A DNA stretch of 64,000 bases, taken from the NCBI GenBank assembly GCA_951406725.2, contig OX597817.1, positions 52,700,001 through 52,764,000 of the forward strand. Reading direction: 5' to 3'. The notes beneath the pieces are model-generated. The model ran no database searches. It had not been told where the DNA came from and saw only the letters and a list, made by a program, of their open reading frames with translations. How positions within the stretch are numbered: the stretch's first letter is position 1; every line of letters begins with the position of its first letter. The DNA comes from Octopus vulgaris (lineage: Eukaryota). This document shows positions 13,656 to 30,993 of this stretch, in pieces. Made by a program: the position numbers and the translations under genes.

Positions 13656-14308
13656 ATACTACAAAATTAGAGAATGGAGAAACATACTTAAATCAGTAAA
13701 ACATCAACTATCCGATGATACTCAATCCATACTTTAATACACCATTACATATGAGTAAAGGCAATATATAAAATGAAATGAGATATACAGTAATAGTAAA
13801 AGTAAAAAGATAAAGAGATATAAGTAAAAAATTTCAAATATAATATGCAAATAAAACAAAACTGACAGCTGTTTCGGCAGTGAGGACAGTCATACCTCAT
13901 TTAACCTATAAGCCATAAAGGCAGGTATAAATGAGGCATTAACAAGGATGCCCCACGGCCTCTTCAGAGAATTAAATTAAATTTGTTATAATAGTGAAAA
14001 ATATTATATAATCATATACATATAAATATAAAAATATAAAAATGTAAAATATAAAAACTTATACATCATAATGCTACACTTATATAATATAATACACATT
14101 TGTACAAAAAGGAAGGTAAACAGAACAATATAAAACAAAATATATAACAGTGTATATATTAATATTAATAAGTACCGATATTATACATATTTGGCTAATA
14201 GTTTTTTTTATAAAAAAAGGGCTAACACATATGGAGATGAAAAATAATAATTAAATCCGTGGTACAGTTCATAAAATTCTAAAGCTATAAAAGTTAATAA
14301 AAATTACT

Positions 14309-14358
<50 letters not shown>

Positions 14359-14884
14359 TAATAATAATAAAAAAATACTAAAAATAGATACAGTTAAGTT
14401 AGCACCAAGTCCATCCTTTCAAGATCGAAATAACTATGAGTTAAGAAATGCTGACCACTAGGTAAAGAAAATTTAGATTAATTCGATTGGCTATTGGTTT
14501 GAAATTTAAATCACAAAAGAAAATTATACGGTTGGTTAGTCAGGGAACGCCAATATTCACACACGCATCTACAGATCAATCGCACATACACACATAGTTA
14601 TATGTATATACATACACTTATACACATACATATTAACAAGCAACAACTAGCACTTAGATAAACAAAAAAGGGAAGCAACTATGCTAACATTTAGTCCTTC
14701 AAAATTATAACTGAGCCTTAATAACAAAAAAAGAACCATCCGTGCATTCTATAAAATATTTAATTTAGATATAAATATATTTTTAAATATCAGTATGTTA
14801 CTAATTCAGATAATTATTTCATGGGTAACTTAAAATTTATAACACCGGTTTGTTACAGAGTAAACATACGGTTGTTAGGTTTAT
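13656..14884 (-). repeat. 5' pseudo-LTR of Naiad PLE
   Basis: Direct repeat of 8057-9283. Confidence 0.92.
13860..13973 (-). ncRNA. Hammerhead ribozyme motif in 5' pLTR
   Basis: Same sequence as 8261-8374. Confidence 0.8.
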
Positions 14885-15081
14885 ATATATATATATACAC
14901 ATATATATATATATATAGTGACGTATATTTGCCATCTCAATATGGCTACCCCTAAGGGTGGATGCTACTGTAGTTTTTAGCCCCAGGAGGACACACTCCT
15001 CCAGCTGGCCATAGACACACTTTCTGTGTCCTGTCAGTATTTGCAAAAGGAAGTCATCCTTCCCGTCTTCAACTTATGATA

Positions 15082-15126
15082 CACACGGACTCGAGTTTCG
15101 AGGTTTTGACCTCTCGTCAGCGTGTG
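15082..15126 (-). ncRNA. Canonical type I hammerhead ribozyme
   Basis: cacacg-CTGACGA-gaggt(caaa)acctc-GAAAC-tcga-GTC-cgtgtg: 6-bp stem I, 5-bp stem II, palindromic stem III, GUC cleavage triplet. Confidence 0.92.
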
Positions 15127-15433
15127 ACAATCATAGTTGTCGGCGAGAATTAGATTTCCTTCACAAATACTTATACTTTTTCCAGCGTCCACTGTCGCTG
15201 ATACTGAAAAAGTGAAATCAAACAATGATAAATATCAAAGTGAGTTATATACAGTAGCGGTAACACATCGTGACGTATATTTGCCATCTCAATATGGCTA
15301 CCCCTAAGGGTGGATGCTACTGTAGTTTTTAGCCCCAGGAGGACACACTCCTCCAGCTGGCCATAGACACACTTTCTGTGTCCTGTCAGTATTTGCAAAG
15401 GGAAGTCATCCTTCCCGTCTTCAACTTATGATA

Positions 15434-15478
15434 CACACGGACTCGAGTTTCGAGGTATTGACCTCTCGTCAGTGTGTG
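15434..15478 (-). ncRNA. Hammerhead ribozyme, second unit
   Basis: Same motif 352 bp away; loop II caat; one CpG-type change in the stem I closing pair. Confidence 0.85.
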
Positions 15479-15617
15479 ACAATCATAGTTGTCGGCGAGA
15501 ATTAGATTTCCTTCACAAATACTTATACTTTTTCCAGCGTCCACTGTCGCTGATATTGAAAAAGTGAAATCAAACAATGATAAATATATATATACATATA
15601 TATATATACACATATAT

Positions 15618-15648
<31 letters not shown>

Positions 15649-15651
15649 AAG

Positions 15652-16108
15652 TAAATAAATGGAGATGAACGCAGATGTTATTCAAATTCTTTTACTTTCA
15701 ACATGTTTTATTCCAAAGGAATAAACGGTGTAAAATAATGCAATCTTCTCATCAGGAAAGAAAGAGAACCTATCTCAACAACAAGACATTATAACAATTT
15801 TGATGACTGCATAAATGATAAACAGAATGCTATTAAGTGTTTTAAAAAAATGTTAGTAGATTCAATGTCAAAGGCTGACCCTAGGAAGAGAAGGGGTAAA
15901 GAAATAATAAGTAGAGAACAAATAAAGAGGGATATGCTGGTTGAAAAAATGTTCAAAGGCTTGGAAGTAGATTTCTCTATTGAAGTAGAGTGCAAGTTGA
16001 ACTAAATGTTCAAACTATAAAGATTGGTAAATATTACTTACATGAGCTAAAGGTATGTTTCTGCCAGTGCTTACATTTGTAAGATCGCTCTACAAATGTG
16101 TTAACAAG

Positions 16109-16110
<2 letters not shown>
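15652..16110 (-). mobile_element. Second copy of family H1 with partly deleted hammerhead (15695-15760)
   Basis: Minus strand ctttc-CTGATGA-gaag...aaaacatGTT-gaaag; homologous to 1-408. Distal boundary approximate. Confidence 0.55.
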
Positions 16111-16151
<41 letters not shown>

Positions 16152-16162
16152 GTATAAAAGGG

Positions 16163-16202
<40 letters not shown>

Positions 16203-16239
16203 AAAAGGAGATGTGGAACACGAGTTGTGATATATAAAA

Positions 16240-16746
16240 AAAGGAAATGAAGAAAATGCTGACAAAAATAATTTAAGTAAGGGAGAGTGTATTTAATTAG
16301 GTGAAAGTCCTTTTTTTAAACAAAAAAAAAGAAAATTGGGTTAGAATACAATGTTCATTTTTTGTGAATGATTTCAGTGTATAAGAAAAAAGTAAGAGTC
16401 TTTTACAGTGTTCTGTTTCAGAATAAGATATTTAGTAAAAGCGTGTAATATACAGTTTTTTTGTGGAAAAGTTCAATGTCAGATTTTTTTTTTATTCTAC
16501 ACTGAAATCTGACATTGAACTTTTCCACAAAAAACTGTATATTACACACTTCTACTAAATATTTTATTCTGAAACAGAACACTGTAAAAGACTCTTACTT
16601 TTTTCTTATACACTGAAATCATTCACAAAAAATGAACATTGTATTCTAACCCAATTTTTCTCTTCTTTTGTTTAAAAAAAGAACTTTCACATAATTAAAT
16701 ACACTCTCCCTTACTTAAATTATTTTGTCAGCATTTTCTTCATTTC

Positions 16747-16750
<4 letters not shown>
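16240..16750. repeat. ~245-bp-arm inverted repeat (foldback), probably a 5'-inverted PLE end
   Basis: Arms about 16240-16486 and 16505-16750, spacer ~18 nt; arm contains GAAACAG-aaca-CTGTA, resembling an HHR 3' half. Confidence 0.85.
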
Positions 16751-16828
<78 letters not shown>

Positions 16829-16881
16829 GTATGTATATATATATATGTATATATATATATATGTATGTATATATATATATG

Positions 16882-16930
<49 letters not shown>

Positions 16931-16941
16931 GTATATATATG

Positions 16942-16972
<31 letters not shown>

Positions 16973-17071
16973 ATGTATATATATGTATATGTGTGTATAT
17001 ATATGTATATGTGTGTATATATATGTATGTATATATATATATGTATATATATATGTATATGTATGTATATG

Positions 17072-17102
<31 letters not shown>

Positions 17103-17131
17103 GTATATATATATGTATATGTATGTATATG

Positions 17132-17162
<31 letters not shown>

Positions 17163-17295
17163 GTATATATGTATATATATGTATATATATATATGTATGT
17201 ATATATATATATGTATGTATATATATATGTATATATATATATATGTATATATATATATGTATATATATATATGTATATATATATGTATATATATA

Positions 17296-17692
17296 CTAGC
17301 AGTATCGCCCGGCGTTGCTCGGGTTTGTAAGGGAAATAACTATATAAGCATTTTTAGAGAGTTATAGTAAAAAAATAGGAAAAAAATGCATTAAAAATGG
17401 AAAAAAAATTAAGGTAAATTTCTTTTTAAATCGTTGACACATCGTAGATATTTTTAGAGAGTTACTTCCCTTACATAATAGCAAAAAAAATGCATTAAAA
17501 TGGAAAAATATGATGGTAAATTTTTTTAAATCGTAGACTCATCGTAGACGCGCGCTAATACCCAGAAGGGCTCGATATGAATCACGACTATAAGATACCC
17601 GGTTTTGGTTACACTGCACCGCAAAATGTGGGAGTCGTTACGAATCTAAATCGTAGGAGACAGACACACAACTTCACTCTTATATATAAAGA
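17296..17692 (-). mobile_element. Non-autonomous Helitron-like element
   Basis: Minus strand A|TCtttatatataag ... CCCG-agcaacgc-CGGG hairpin, cgatactgCTAG|T. Confidence 0.75.
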
Positions 17693-18700
17693 TATAAGTC
17701 ACGTAGTTATATACACATACTTTGTTATATACACATTCTTAAAAGAAAATGTTATTTTGAACACAACATTTACAAAGAATAAAATATTATGTGTTTCAAT
17801 TAATTTCTAACGTAATCATAAATTTAGTCTGGTTTCATTAAACAACTATAACTTTATTATTTATCAATATATTAATCTGATTTTTGGAAGATAATGAAAT
17901 ATTCTCAACCAATTCTACACTATAATTTTTGTCACAAAGTGACTCTAATTGCAGGTAGATACAGGTAAATTCAACAATATATAAAATTATTAAAATTTTG
18001 TTCAAACATTGCTACAGAAAATGGGTTATTAGCTAATATTCAATTGGGTATACAACAAAATTTTACGATAGAATTTGTTATTCTGGGTAACTTTCTGATA
18101 CCCATAATAATATTTATGGCAAAATAGGCCTTAATTTAATTTAAGGTTGTGGGAAATAACAAACTATCCTTTCTTTCGCTTTGTTTACGTTTAGCGTAAT
18201 GATTTCAAATAGGCTCATTCGAAAAGTAAAAAGAAATAGTTTAAGGCTTTATACTCTTCTGGGAAAGTCTGTGGCTTGGTGCAGTTTCTTCAGAAAAATC
18301 ACCGAAAGAAACAGTTTTTAAATTTTCACTCCATTCAGGTGCCAATTCATTTTCTTAATCGCTGTCGGATTCACTGTTTTCACTTTAATAGCTGCAAACT
18401 TGCAAAGACAAAGGAGGAGAAGGGTGATAGCGTCAGTGAAACAGTCGCTCCTTTGTGTGTGTGTGCGTTTGCGTGTGGTGTATCCCACATTAAGAAAAAC
18501 ATTTGACATATACACCAGAATGTGAGTTTTCTCTAAATTTTGCTTAATTGGGGTTGAAATTTTAAAAACCGGACCTGGCATGACCCGATGCATTCTACTC
18601 TTAAAAATGTTAGGTAAATTGTAATTGAAGAAATCCTATATTGTAGATTTCTATAAGTTATAAAGGGAGGCAGATAAAATCTGCCTTTTATAATAAGAGA
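17693..18700 (-). mobile_element. Possible second Helitron 5' segment directly upstream of 17296-17692
   Basis: Starts A|TCtcttattataaaag with hairpin aggcagat/atctgcct; no own CTAG terminus identified. Confidence 0.4.
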
Positions 18701-18706
18701 TATATG

Positions 18707-18737
<31 letters not shown>

Positions 18738-18741
18738 TATA

Positions 18742-18925
18742 TGCATATTATATTTGAAATTTTTTACTTATATCTCTTTATCTTTTTACTATTACTGTAT
18801 ATCTCATTTCATTTTATATATTGCCTTTACTCATATGTAATGGTGTATTAAAGTATGGATTGAGTATCATCGGATAGTTGATGTTTTACTGATTCAAGTA
18901 TGTTTCTCCATTCTCTAATTTTGTA

Positions 18926-18927
<2 letters not shown>
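18742..18927 (+). mobile_element. ~185-bp 3'-terminal tail of the Naiad PLE, separate insertion
   Basis: Reverse complement of about 8058-8250, same ttttgtagt|atata terminus. Confidence 0.85.
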
Positions 18928-19010
<83 letters not shown>

Positions 19011-19038
19011 CGTATGTATATGTATATATGTATATGTA

Positions 19039-19074
<36 letters not shown>

Positions 19075-19116
19075 TGTGTGTGTGTGTGCATGTGTGTGTG
19101 TGTGTGTGTGTGTGTG

Positions 19117-19171
19117 ATGCTAGCATGGAAAACGGACGCTAAACGACGATGATGATGATGATGATGATGAT
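19117..19171 (+). mobile_element. Very short RTE tail fragment
   Basis: atgctagcatggaaaacggacgctaaacgac(gat)n. Confidence 0.65.
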
Positions 19172-19172
19172 G

Positions 19173-19209
<37 letters not shown>

Positions 19210-19240
19210 GTATATGTATATATATATGTATATATATATA

Positions 19241-19491
19241 TCTCTCTCTATATAAACAGCAGTTTGTCTGTCTGTGTGTCTGTCAGGTTGTACCCTCACC
19301 CTGACCACGGCTTTCAACCGATTCTGATGAAATTTGACACACACGCACGCTCTGAAAATTTTGAAAATGAGGTCGAGAATCTAAGCTTTTTATTTGCAAC
19401 ACATTTTCTGTTGTAGTTTTCGCAACTTGCAATCGATTTTCACCAAACTCATGGTGAAGCTTAATGTTACCCTTAGAAACTTAATTCTGGC
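19241..19491 (+). mobile_element. 5' part of a Helitron-like element, same family as 46829-47212
   Basis: tctctctctatataaac..gtttgtctgt..ctgaccacggctttcaaccgattctgatgaaa shared. Confidence 0.65.
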
Positions 19492-24630
<5,139 letters not shown>

Positions 24631-24647
24631 CGTATATATATATATAC

Positions 24648-24688
<41 letters not shown>

Positions 24689-24833
24689 CGTATATAAATA
24701 TATATACGTATATAGATATATATACGTATATAAATATATATACGTATATATATATATACGTATATAAATATATATACGTATATATATATATATATATATA
24801 TATAAATATATATACGTATATAAATATATATAC

Positions 24834-24879
<46 letters not shown>

Positions 24880-24984
24880 GTATATAAATATATATATGTA
24901 TATATATATACACGTATATAAATATATATACGTATATATATATATATACGTATATAATATATATACGTATATAAATATATATAC

Positions 24985-25018
<34 letters not shown>

Positions 25019-25449
25019 GTATATATAAATATACGTATATATATATATACGTATATATATATATATATATATATATATACGTATATATATATATACGTAT
25101 ATATATATACGTATATATATATATATACGTATATAAATATATATACGTATATAAATATATATACGTATATAAATATATATACGTATATATATATATACGT
25201 ATATAAATATATATACGTATATATATATATATACGTATATAAATATATATACGTATATATATATATACGTATATAAATATATATACGTATATAAATATAT
25301 ATACGTATATATATATATACGTATATAAATATATATACGTATATAAATATATATACGTATATATATATGTATACGTATATAAATATATATACGTATATAT
25401 ATATATATATATATACGTATATAAATATATATACGTATATATATATATA

Positions 25450-28400
25450 CCCACTATATACCAGACCACCACAGCAAACAGACACAGGATGGACACCGCC
25501 GGCAACAACGTACACCTCACCTCGATACTCCTACTGAACATCAGAGGACTGCAAACACTCAGTAACAGGACAAAGATCCCGTTCCTGAGAGACTTTGTTG
25601 CATGCAATCAAGCCATATGCATAGCACTTACAGAAACGCACCTGAAACCGGACATAGCAGATGCGGAGTTACACATACCACAGTATGTTGTACTACGGAC
25701 CGACAGGAAAGAAAGGAGTCATGGAGGTGTTGCTATGTACATCCGTGAGGACCTCACACCCAGGTCCTCTTGTCATACTCAAACTCGGTGTGTGACACAC
25801 TAATTGTACATATTAGGCAACTTGATGTAGTTGTGTGTGCTACATATCGCCCTCCAGATGCCCCAAGCCATGTGGGCAAGTTTGAAGACTGCCTTATAAA
25901 AATAGAAGAAATTCTAACCACATTAGAACAACACATAGGTGTGCTTCTTATGGGAGACTTCAATCTGCCCAATGTCAGATGGCCCGAGGGCCTTCTCTCC
26001 CAGGAATGACAAGATGTGAACGAGGACAGGCGAGGTCCCTCCTGAACCTCACCAACACCCTGTACATGGAGCAGGTAATACTCCAACCAACCAGGGCAGG
26101 TAACACACTGGATCTCTGCTTCACAAATGACATGGATCTCATCCATAATGTGAAAGTGACACCGACACTACTCTCGGATCACAACATGATAGAGCTGACC
26201 ATGTACGGGCCAAAAGAGAGCACGGACATGCAGCCTACAAGAAACCCTCAAAATCTTTCCAGCTTGAACTACCATAAGGCAAACTGGAAACAAATTGAGA
26301 AAGAGATCCTCAAACAAAACTGGCCTAAATGTCTCTCCTCGCCAGACATCGACGTGAAACTTCAACAATTCATGTCTGTAATGCAAGCCATATGCTACAA
26401 ATGTGTCCCAGAGAGAAAGGCCACTGTACACAAGAACAAAATCCCCAGAGAGAGGAAAATTTTAATGAGACGGCGTACGAAATTTTCAAATCGCCTAAAC
26501 AAACAGATTGAAAGCAGTGAAAAGTCCCACCTAAAAATAAAACTGTTGGAAATCGAAAAATGTCTGCAACTCTCCCATGAAAAAGAAAGAGCAGACAAAG
26601 AAGCCTGGGCTATAGAAAACATAAAATCTAACCCCAGAGCTTTCTACAGGTATGCCAAAGAAACAGCTACAGTGCACTGTAGAATAGGGCCACTCCTCGA
26701 AAAGGATGGCACACTTACAGGAAAACCAATGAGGGTAAGTGAAATACTGAATGAGCAATTCAAGAGTGTTTTCACTCCACCCCTTGGGCATCTCCAAATC
26801 ACCAATCCAACTGACTTTTTTACCACTGCAGATATAAAATCAGAGGCGGCGACGATAGATTACATCGATATAAAGGAAGACGATGTAACCAAGGCTATAG
26901 ATGAAATGAAAACAGACTCAGCTACTGGCCCCGATGGATTCCCGGCAATCCTCCTAAAAGCATGTAAGAGAGTCCTAGCAAGACCACTGCAGTTCCTCTT
27001 TCAGAGCTTCCTTGCAGCTGGCAAACTTCCAGGAAAACTGAAGGAAGGTAAAATATGCCCCATTCATAAAGGAGGTAGCAGAGCGGAAGCCAAGAACTAT
27101 AGACCTATCTCTCTGACCTCACACATCAGCAAGGTCATGGAACGAATAGTCAGAAGGAAGCTGATCACCTTCCTTGAAGAGAATGACTTGCTGCCCGACA
27201 CCCAACATGGTTTCCGACCAGGGAGAAGCTGTTTAACTCAGCTCCTACAACACTATGACTGGGTGCTGAAACGGCTGCTCAACCACTCAAATGTGGAAGT
27301 GATATATCTCGACTTGCAAAGGCCTTTGATAAAGTCGATCATGGAATGATATGTCACAAACTGCGTGATCTCAACATAGTTGGAAAACTGGGAGAATGGC
27401 TTCATGACTTTCTGAAGGATAGAAGTCAGGTGGTAGTAGCCAATGGGGCCACCTCCATTAACACACAAATAGTGAGCGGTGTTCCGCAGGGCACTGTTCT
27501 GGGACCACTACTGTTCATAATGGCCCTCTCAGACATGCCCTCAGCCACGCAGAGAGCCACGATCACAAGTTATGCAGATGATACAAAAGTTTCACAGGCA
27601 ATACAGAACCCTGAGGACACTAAACACCTGCAATGTGAGCTGGACGAAATATACAAGTGGGCTGAAAAGAATAGCATGCAGTTCAATGCTGGAAAGTTTC
27701 AAGCTTTATACTATCAGCATGCAAAACTGAATGCAATACCCAATGAATACACTGGACCCGGAGGGATTGCAATCCCAGAGGCACAATCAGTGCGTGACCT
27801 GGGTATTCACATGAGTGATGACGCGACCTTTCATGTACATGTTGCTAAACTGACAATGAAATGTAGACGGCTGGCTGGATGGATTCTTAGAACCTTTAGA
27901 ACAAGAGAACAAGAAACCATGATGGTCCTCTGGAAGACACTTGTCCTAAGCCACTTTGACTATTGCTCTCAGCTATGGTCACCATCCAGTGTCAAGTTGA
28001 TCACAGAACTTGAGGCGATCCAACGAAGCTACACAAAGAAGATAGCCTCTATGCAGAATGTAAGCTACTGGGAAAGACTCAAGAGATTAAAATTATATTC
28101 CCTGGAGCGTAGGCGGGAAAGATATGCCATAATATACATCTGGAAGATCCTGGAGGGAAGTGTCCTGAACTTTGGCATCGAGAGTTACGCAAATGCCAGA
28201 ACTGGGCGCCACTGCGTGGTGCCTAGGACTCCAAACCTGCCATCAAGATGTAGGACAAGATACTGTGATAGCCTGGGCTTCCGAGGCCCACAGCTCTTCA
28301 ATATCCTCCCGAAGAACCTGAGAGACCTGCATGGGGTGGATACAGATGTCTTTAAAATGAAGCTGGATCTCTTCCTGTCAGGTGTCCCAGATGAACCAAC

Positions 28401-28571
28401 TTCACGGCAGGAGGGGCAGATGAGGGCAGCTGCATCGAACTCTCTCATGCACCAAATAGCAGTTGCTAGAAAGCCTCCATGAAGTGAAACCAAGTAGCAA
28501 CACAAAATGGCGGTGCCCCAGCATGGCCACAGCTCATAAGCTGAAACTAGAATCAATCAATCAATCAATCA

Positions 28572-28575
<4 letters not shown>
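25450..28575 (+). mobile_element. (ATCA)n LINE, subfamily alpha, 5'-truncated (APE+RT)
   Basis: [19 protein letters not shown] (APE); GVPQG, YADD (RT); ORFs 25489-28482 split by 1-bp indels. Confidence 0.95.
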
Positions 28576-28606
<31 letters not shown>

Positions 28607-28644
28607 GTATATATATATATATATATATATATAAATATATATAC

Positions 28645-28839
<195 letters not shown>

Positions 28840-28855
28840 CGTATATATATATATA

Positions 28856-30893
28856 TGATTGATTGATTGATTGATTGATTCTAGTTTCAGCTATGAGCTG
28901 TGGCCATGCTGGGGCACCGCCATTTGGTGTTGCTACTTGGTTTCACTTCATGGAGGCTTTCTAGCAACTGCTATTTGGTGCATGAGAGAGTTCGATGCAG
29001 CTGCCCTCATCTGCCCCTCCTGCCGTGAAGTTGGTTCATCTGGGACACCTGACAGGAAGAGATCCAGCTCCATTTTAAAGACATCTGTATCCACCCCATG
29101 CAGGTCTCTCAGGTTCATCGGGAGGATATTGAAGAGCTGTGGGCCTCGGAAGCCCAGGCTATCACAGTATCTTGTCCTACATCTTGATGGCAAGTTTGGA
29201 GTCCTAGGCACCACGCAGTGGCGCCCAGTTCTGGCATTTGCGTAACTCTCGATGCCAAAGTTCAGGACACTTCCCTCCAGGATCTTCCAGATGTATATTA
29301 TGGCATATCTTTCCCGCCTATGCTCCAGGGAATATAATTTTAATCTCTTGAGTCTTTCCCAGTAGCTTACATTCTGCATAGAGGCTATCTTCTTCGTGTA
29401 GCTTCGTTGGATCGCCTCGAGCTCTGTGATCAACTTGACACTGGATGGTGACCATAGCTGAGAGCAATAGTCAAAGTGACTTAGGACAAGTGTCTTCCAG
29501 AGGACCATCATGGTTTCTTGTTCTCTTGTTCTAAAGGTTCTAAGAATCCATCCAGCCAGCCATCTGCATTTCACTGTCAGTTTAGCAACATGTACGTGAA
29601 AGGTCGCGTCATCACTCATGTGAATACCCAGGTCACGCACTGATTGTGCCTCTGGGATTGCAATCCCTCCGGGTCCAGTCTATTCCGTGGGTATTGCATT
29701 CAGTTTTGCATGCTGATAGTATAAAGCTTGAAACTTTTCAGCATTGAACTGCATGCTATTCTTTTCAGCCCACTTGTATATTTCGTCCAGCTCATATCGC
29801 AGGTGCCTAGTGTCTTCAGGGTTCTGTATTGCCTGTGAAACTTTTGTATCATCTGCATAACTTGTGATCGTGGCTCTCCGCGTGGCTGAGGGCATGTCTG
29901 AGAAGGCCATTATGAACAGTAGTGGTCCCAAAACAGTGCCCTGTGGAACACCGCTCACTATTTGCGTGCTAATGGAAGTGGCCCCATTGGCTACTACCAC
30001 CTGACTTCTATTCTTCAGAAAGTCGTGAAGCCATTCTCCTAGTTTTCCAACTATGCCAAGATCACGCAGTTTGTGACATATCATTCCATGATCGACTTTA
30101 TCGAAGGCCTTTGCGAAGTCGAGATATATGACTTCCACATTTGAGTGGTTGAGCAGTTGTTTCAGCACCCAGTCATAGTGCTGCAGGAGCTGAGTTAAGC
30201 AGCTTCTTCCTGGTCGGAAACCATGTTGGGTGTCAGGCAGCAGGTCATTTTCTTCAAGGAAGGTGATTAGTTTCCTTCTGACTATTCGTTCCATGACCTT
30301 GCTGATGTGTGAGGTCAGAGAGATAGGTCTGTAGTTCTTGGCCTCCGCTCTGCTACCTCCTTTATGAATAGGGCATATTTTACCTTCCTTCAGTTTTCTT
30401 GGAAGTTTGCCAGCTGCAAGGAAGCTCTGAAAGAGGAACTGCAGTGGTCTTGATAAGACTCTCTTACATACTTTTAGGAGGATTGCCGGGAATCCATCGG
30501 GGCCAATAGCTGAGTCTATTTTCATTTCATCTATAGCCTTGATTACATCGTCTTCCTTTATATCGAAGTAATTTATCGTCGCCGCCTCTGATTCTTGTAG
30601 GCTGCATGTCCGTGCTCTCTTTTGGCCCGTACATGGTCAGCTCTACCATGTTGTGATCCGAGAGTAGTGTCGGTGTCACTTTCACATTATGGATGAGATC
30701 CATATTATTTGTGAAGCAGAGATCCAGTGTGTTACCCGCTCTAGTTGGTTGGAGTATTACTTGCTCCATGTACAGGGTGTTGGTGAGGTTCAGGAGGGAC
30801 CTCGCCTGTCCTCGTTCACATCTTGTCATTCCTGGGAGAGAAAGGCCCTCGGGCCATCTGACATTCGGTAGATTGAAGTCTCCCATGAGAAGT
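28856..30893 (-). mobile_element. (ATCA)n LINE, subfamily beta, ~600-bp internal deletion, runs into gap
   Basis: ORFs 28948-30525; deletion junction at about 30593. Confidence 0.93.
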
Positions 30894-30993
30894 NNNNNNN
30901 NNNNNNNNNNNNNNNNNNNNNNNNNNNNNNNNNNNNNNNNNNNNNNNNNNNNNNNNNNNNNNNNNNNNNNNNNNNNNNNNNNNNNNNNNNNNN
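30894..30993. other. Assembly gap (100 N)
   Basis: Run of n. Confidence 1.

Larger units (their letters stand above)
8057..14884 (-). mobile_element. Near-complete Penelope-like element (Naiad-type) with direct pseudo-LTRs, in (TA)n
   Basis: RT and GIY-YIG coding region 13366-10498 between near-identical direct repeats 8057-9283 and 13656-14884; TA tracts on both sides. Confidence 0.92.
14918..15587 (-). mobile_element. Non-coding 352-bp tandem repeat (~1.9 units) with one hammerhead per unit; candidate retrozyme
   Basis: Units start at 14918 and 15270, nearly identical, flanked by (TA)n, no credible ORF. Confidence 0.8.
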
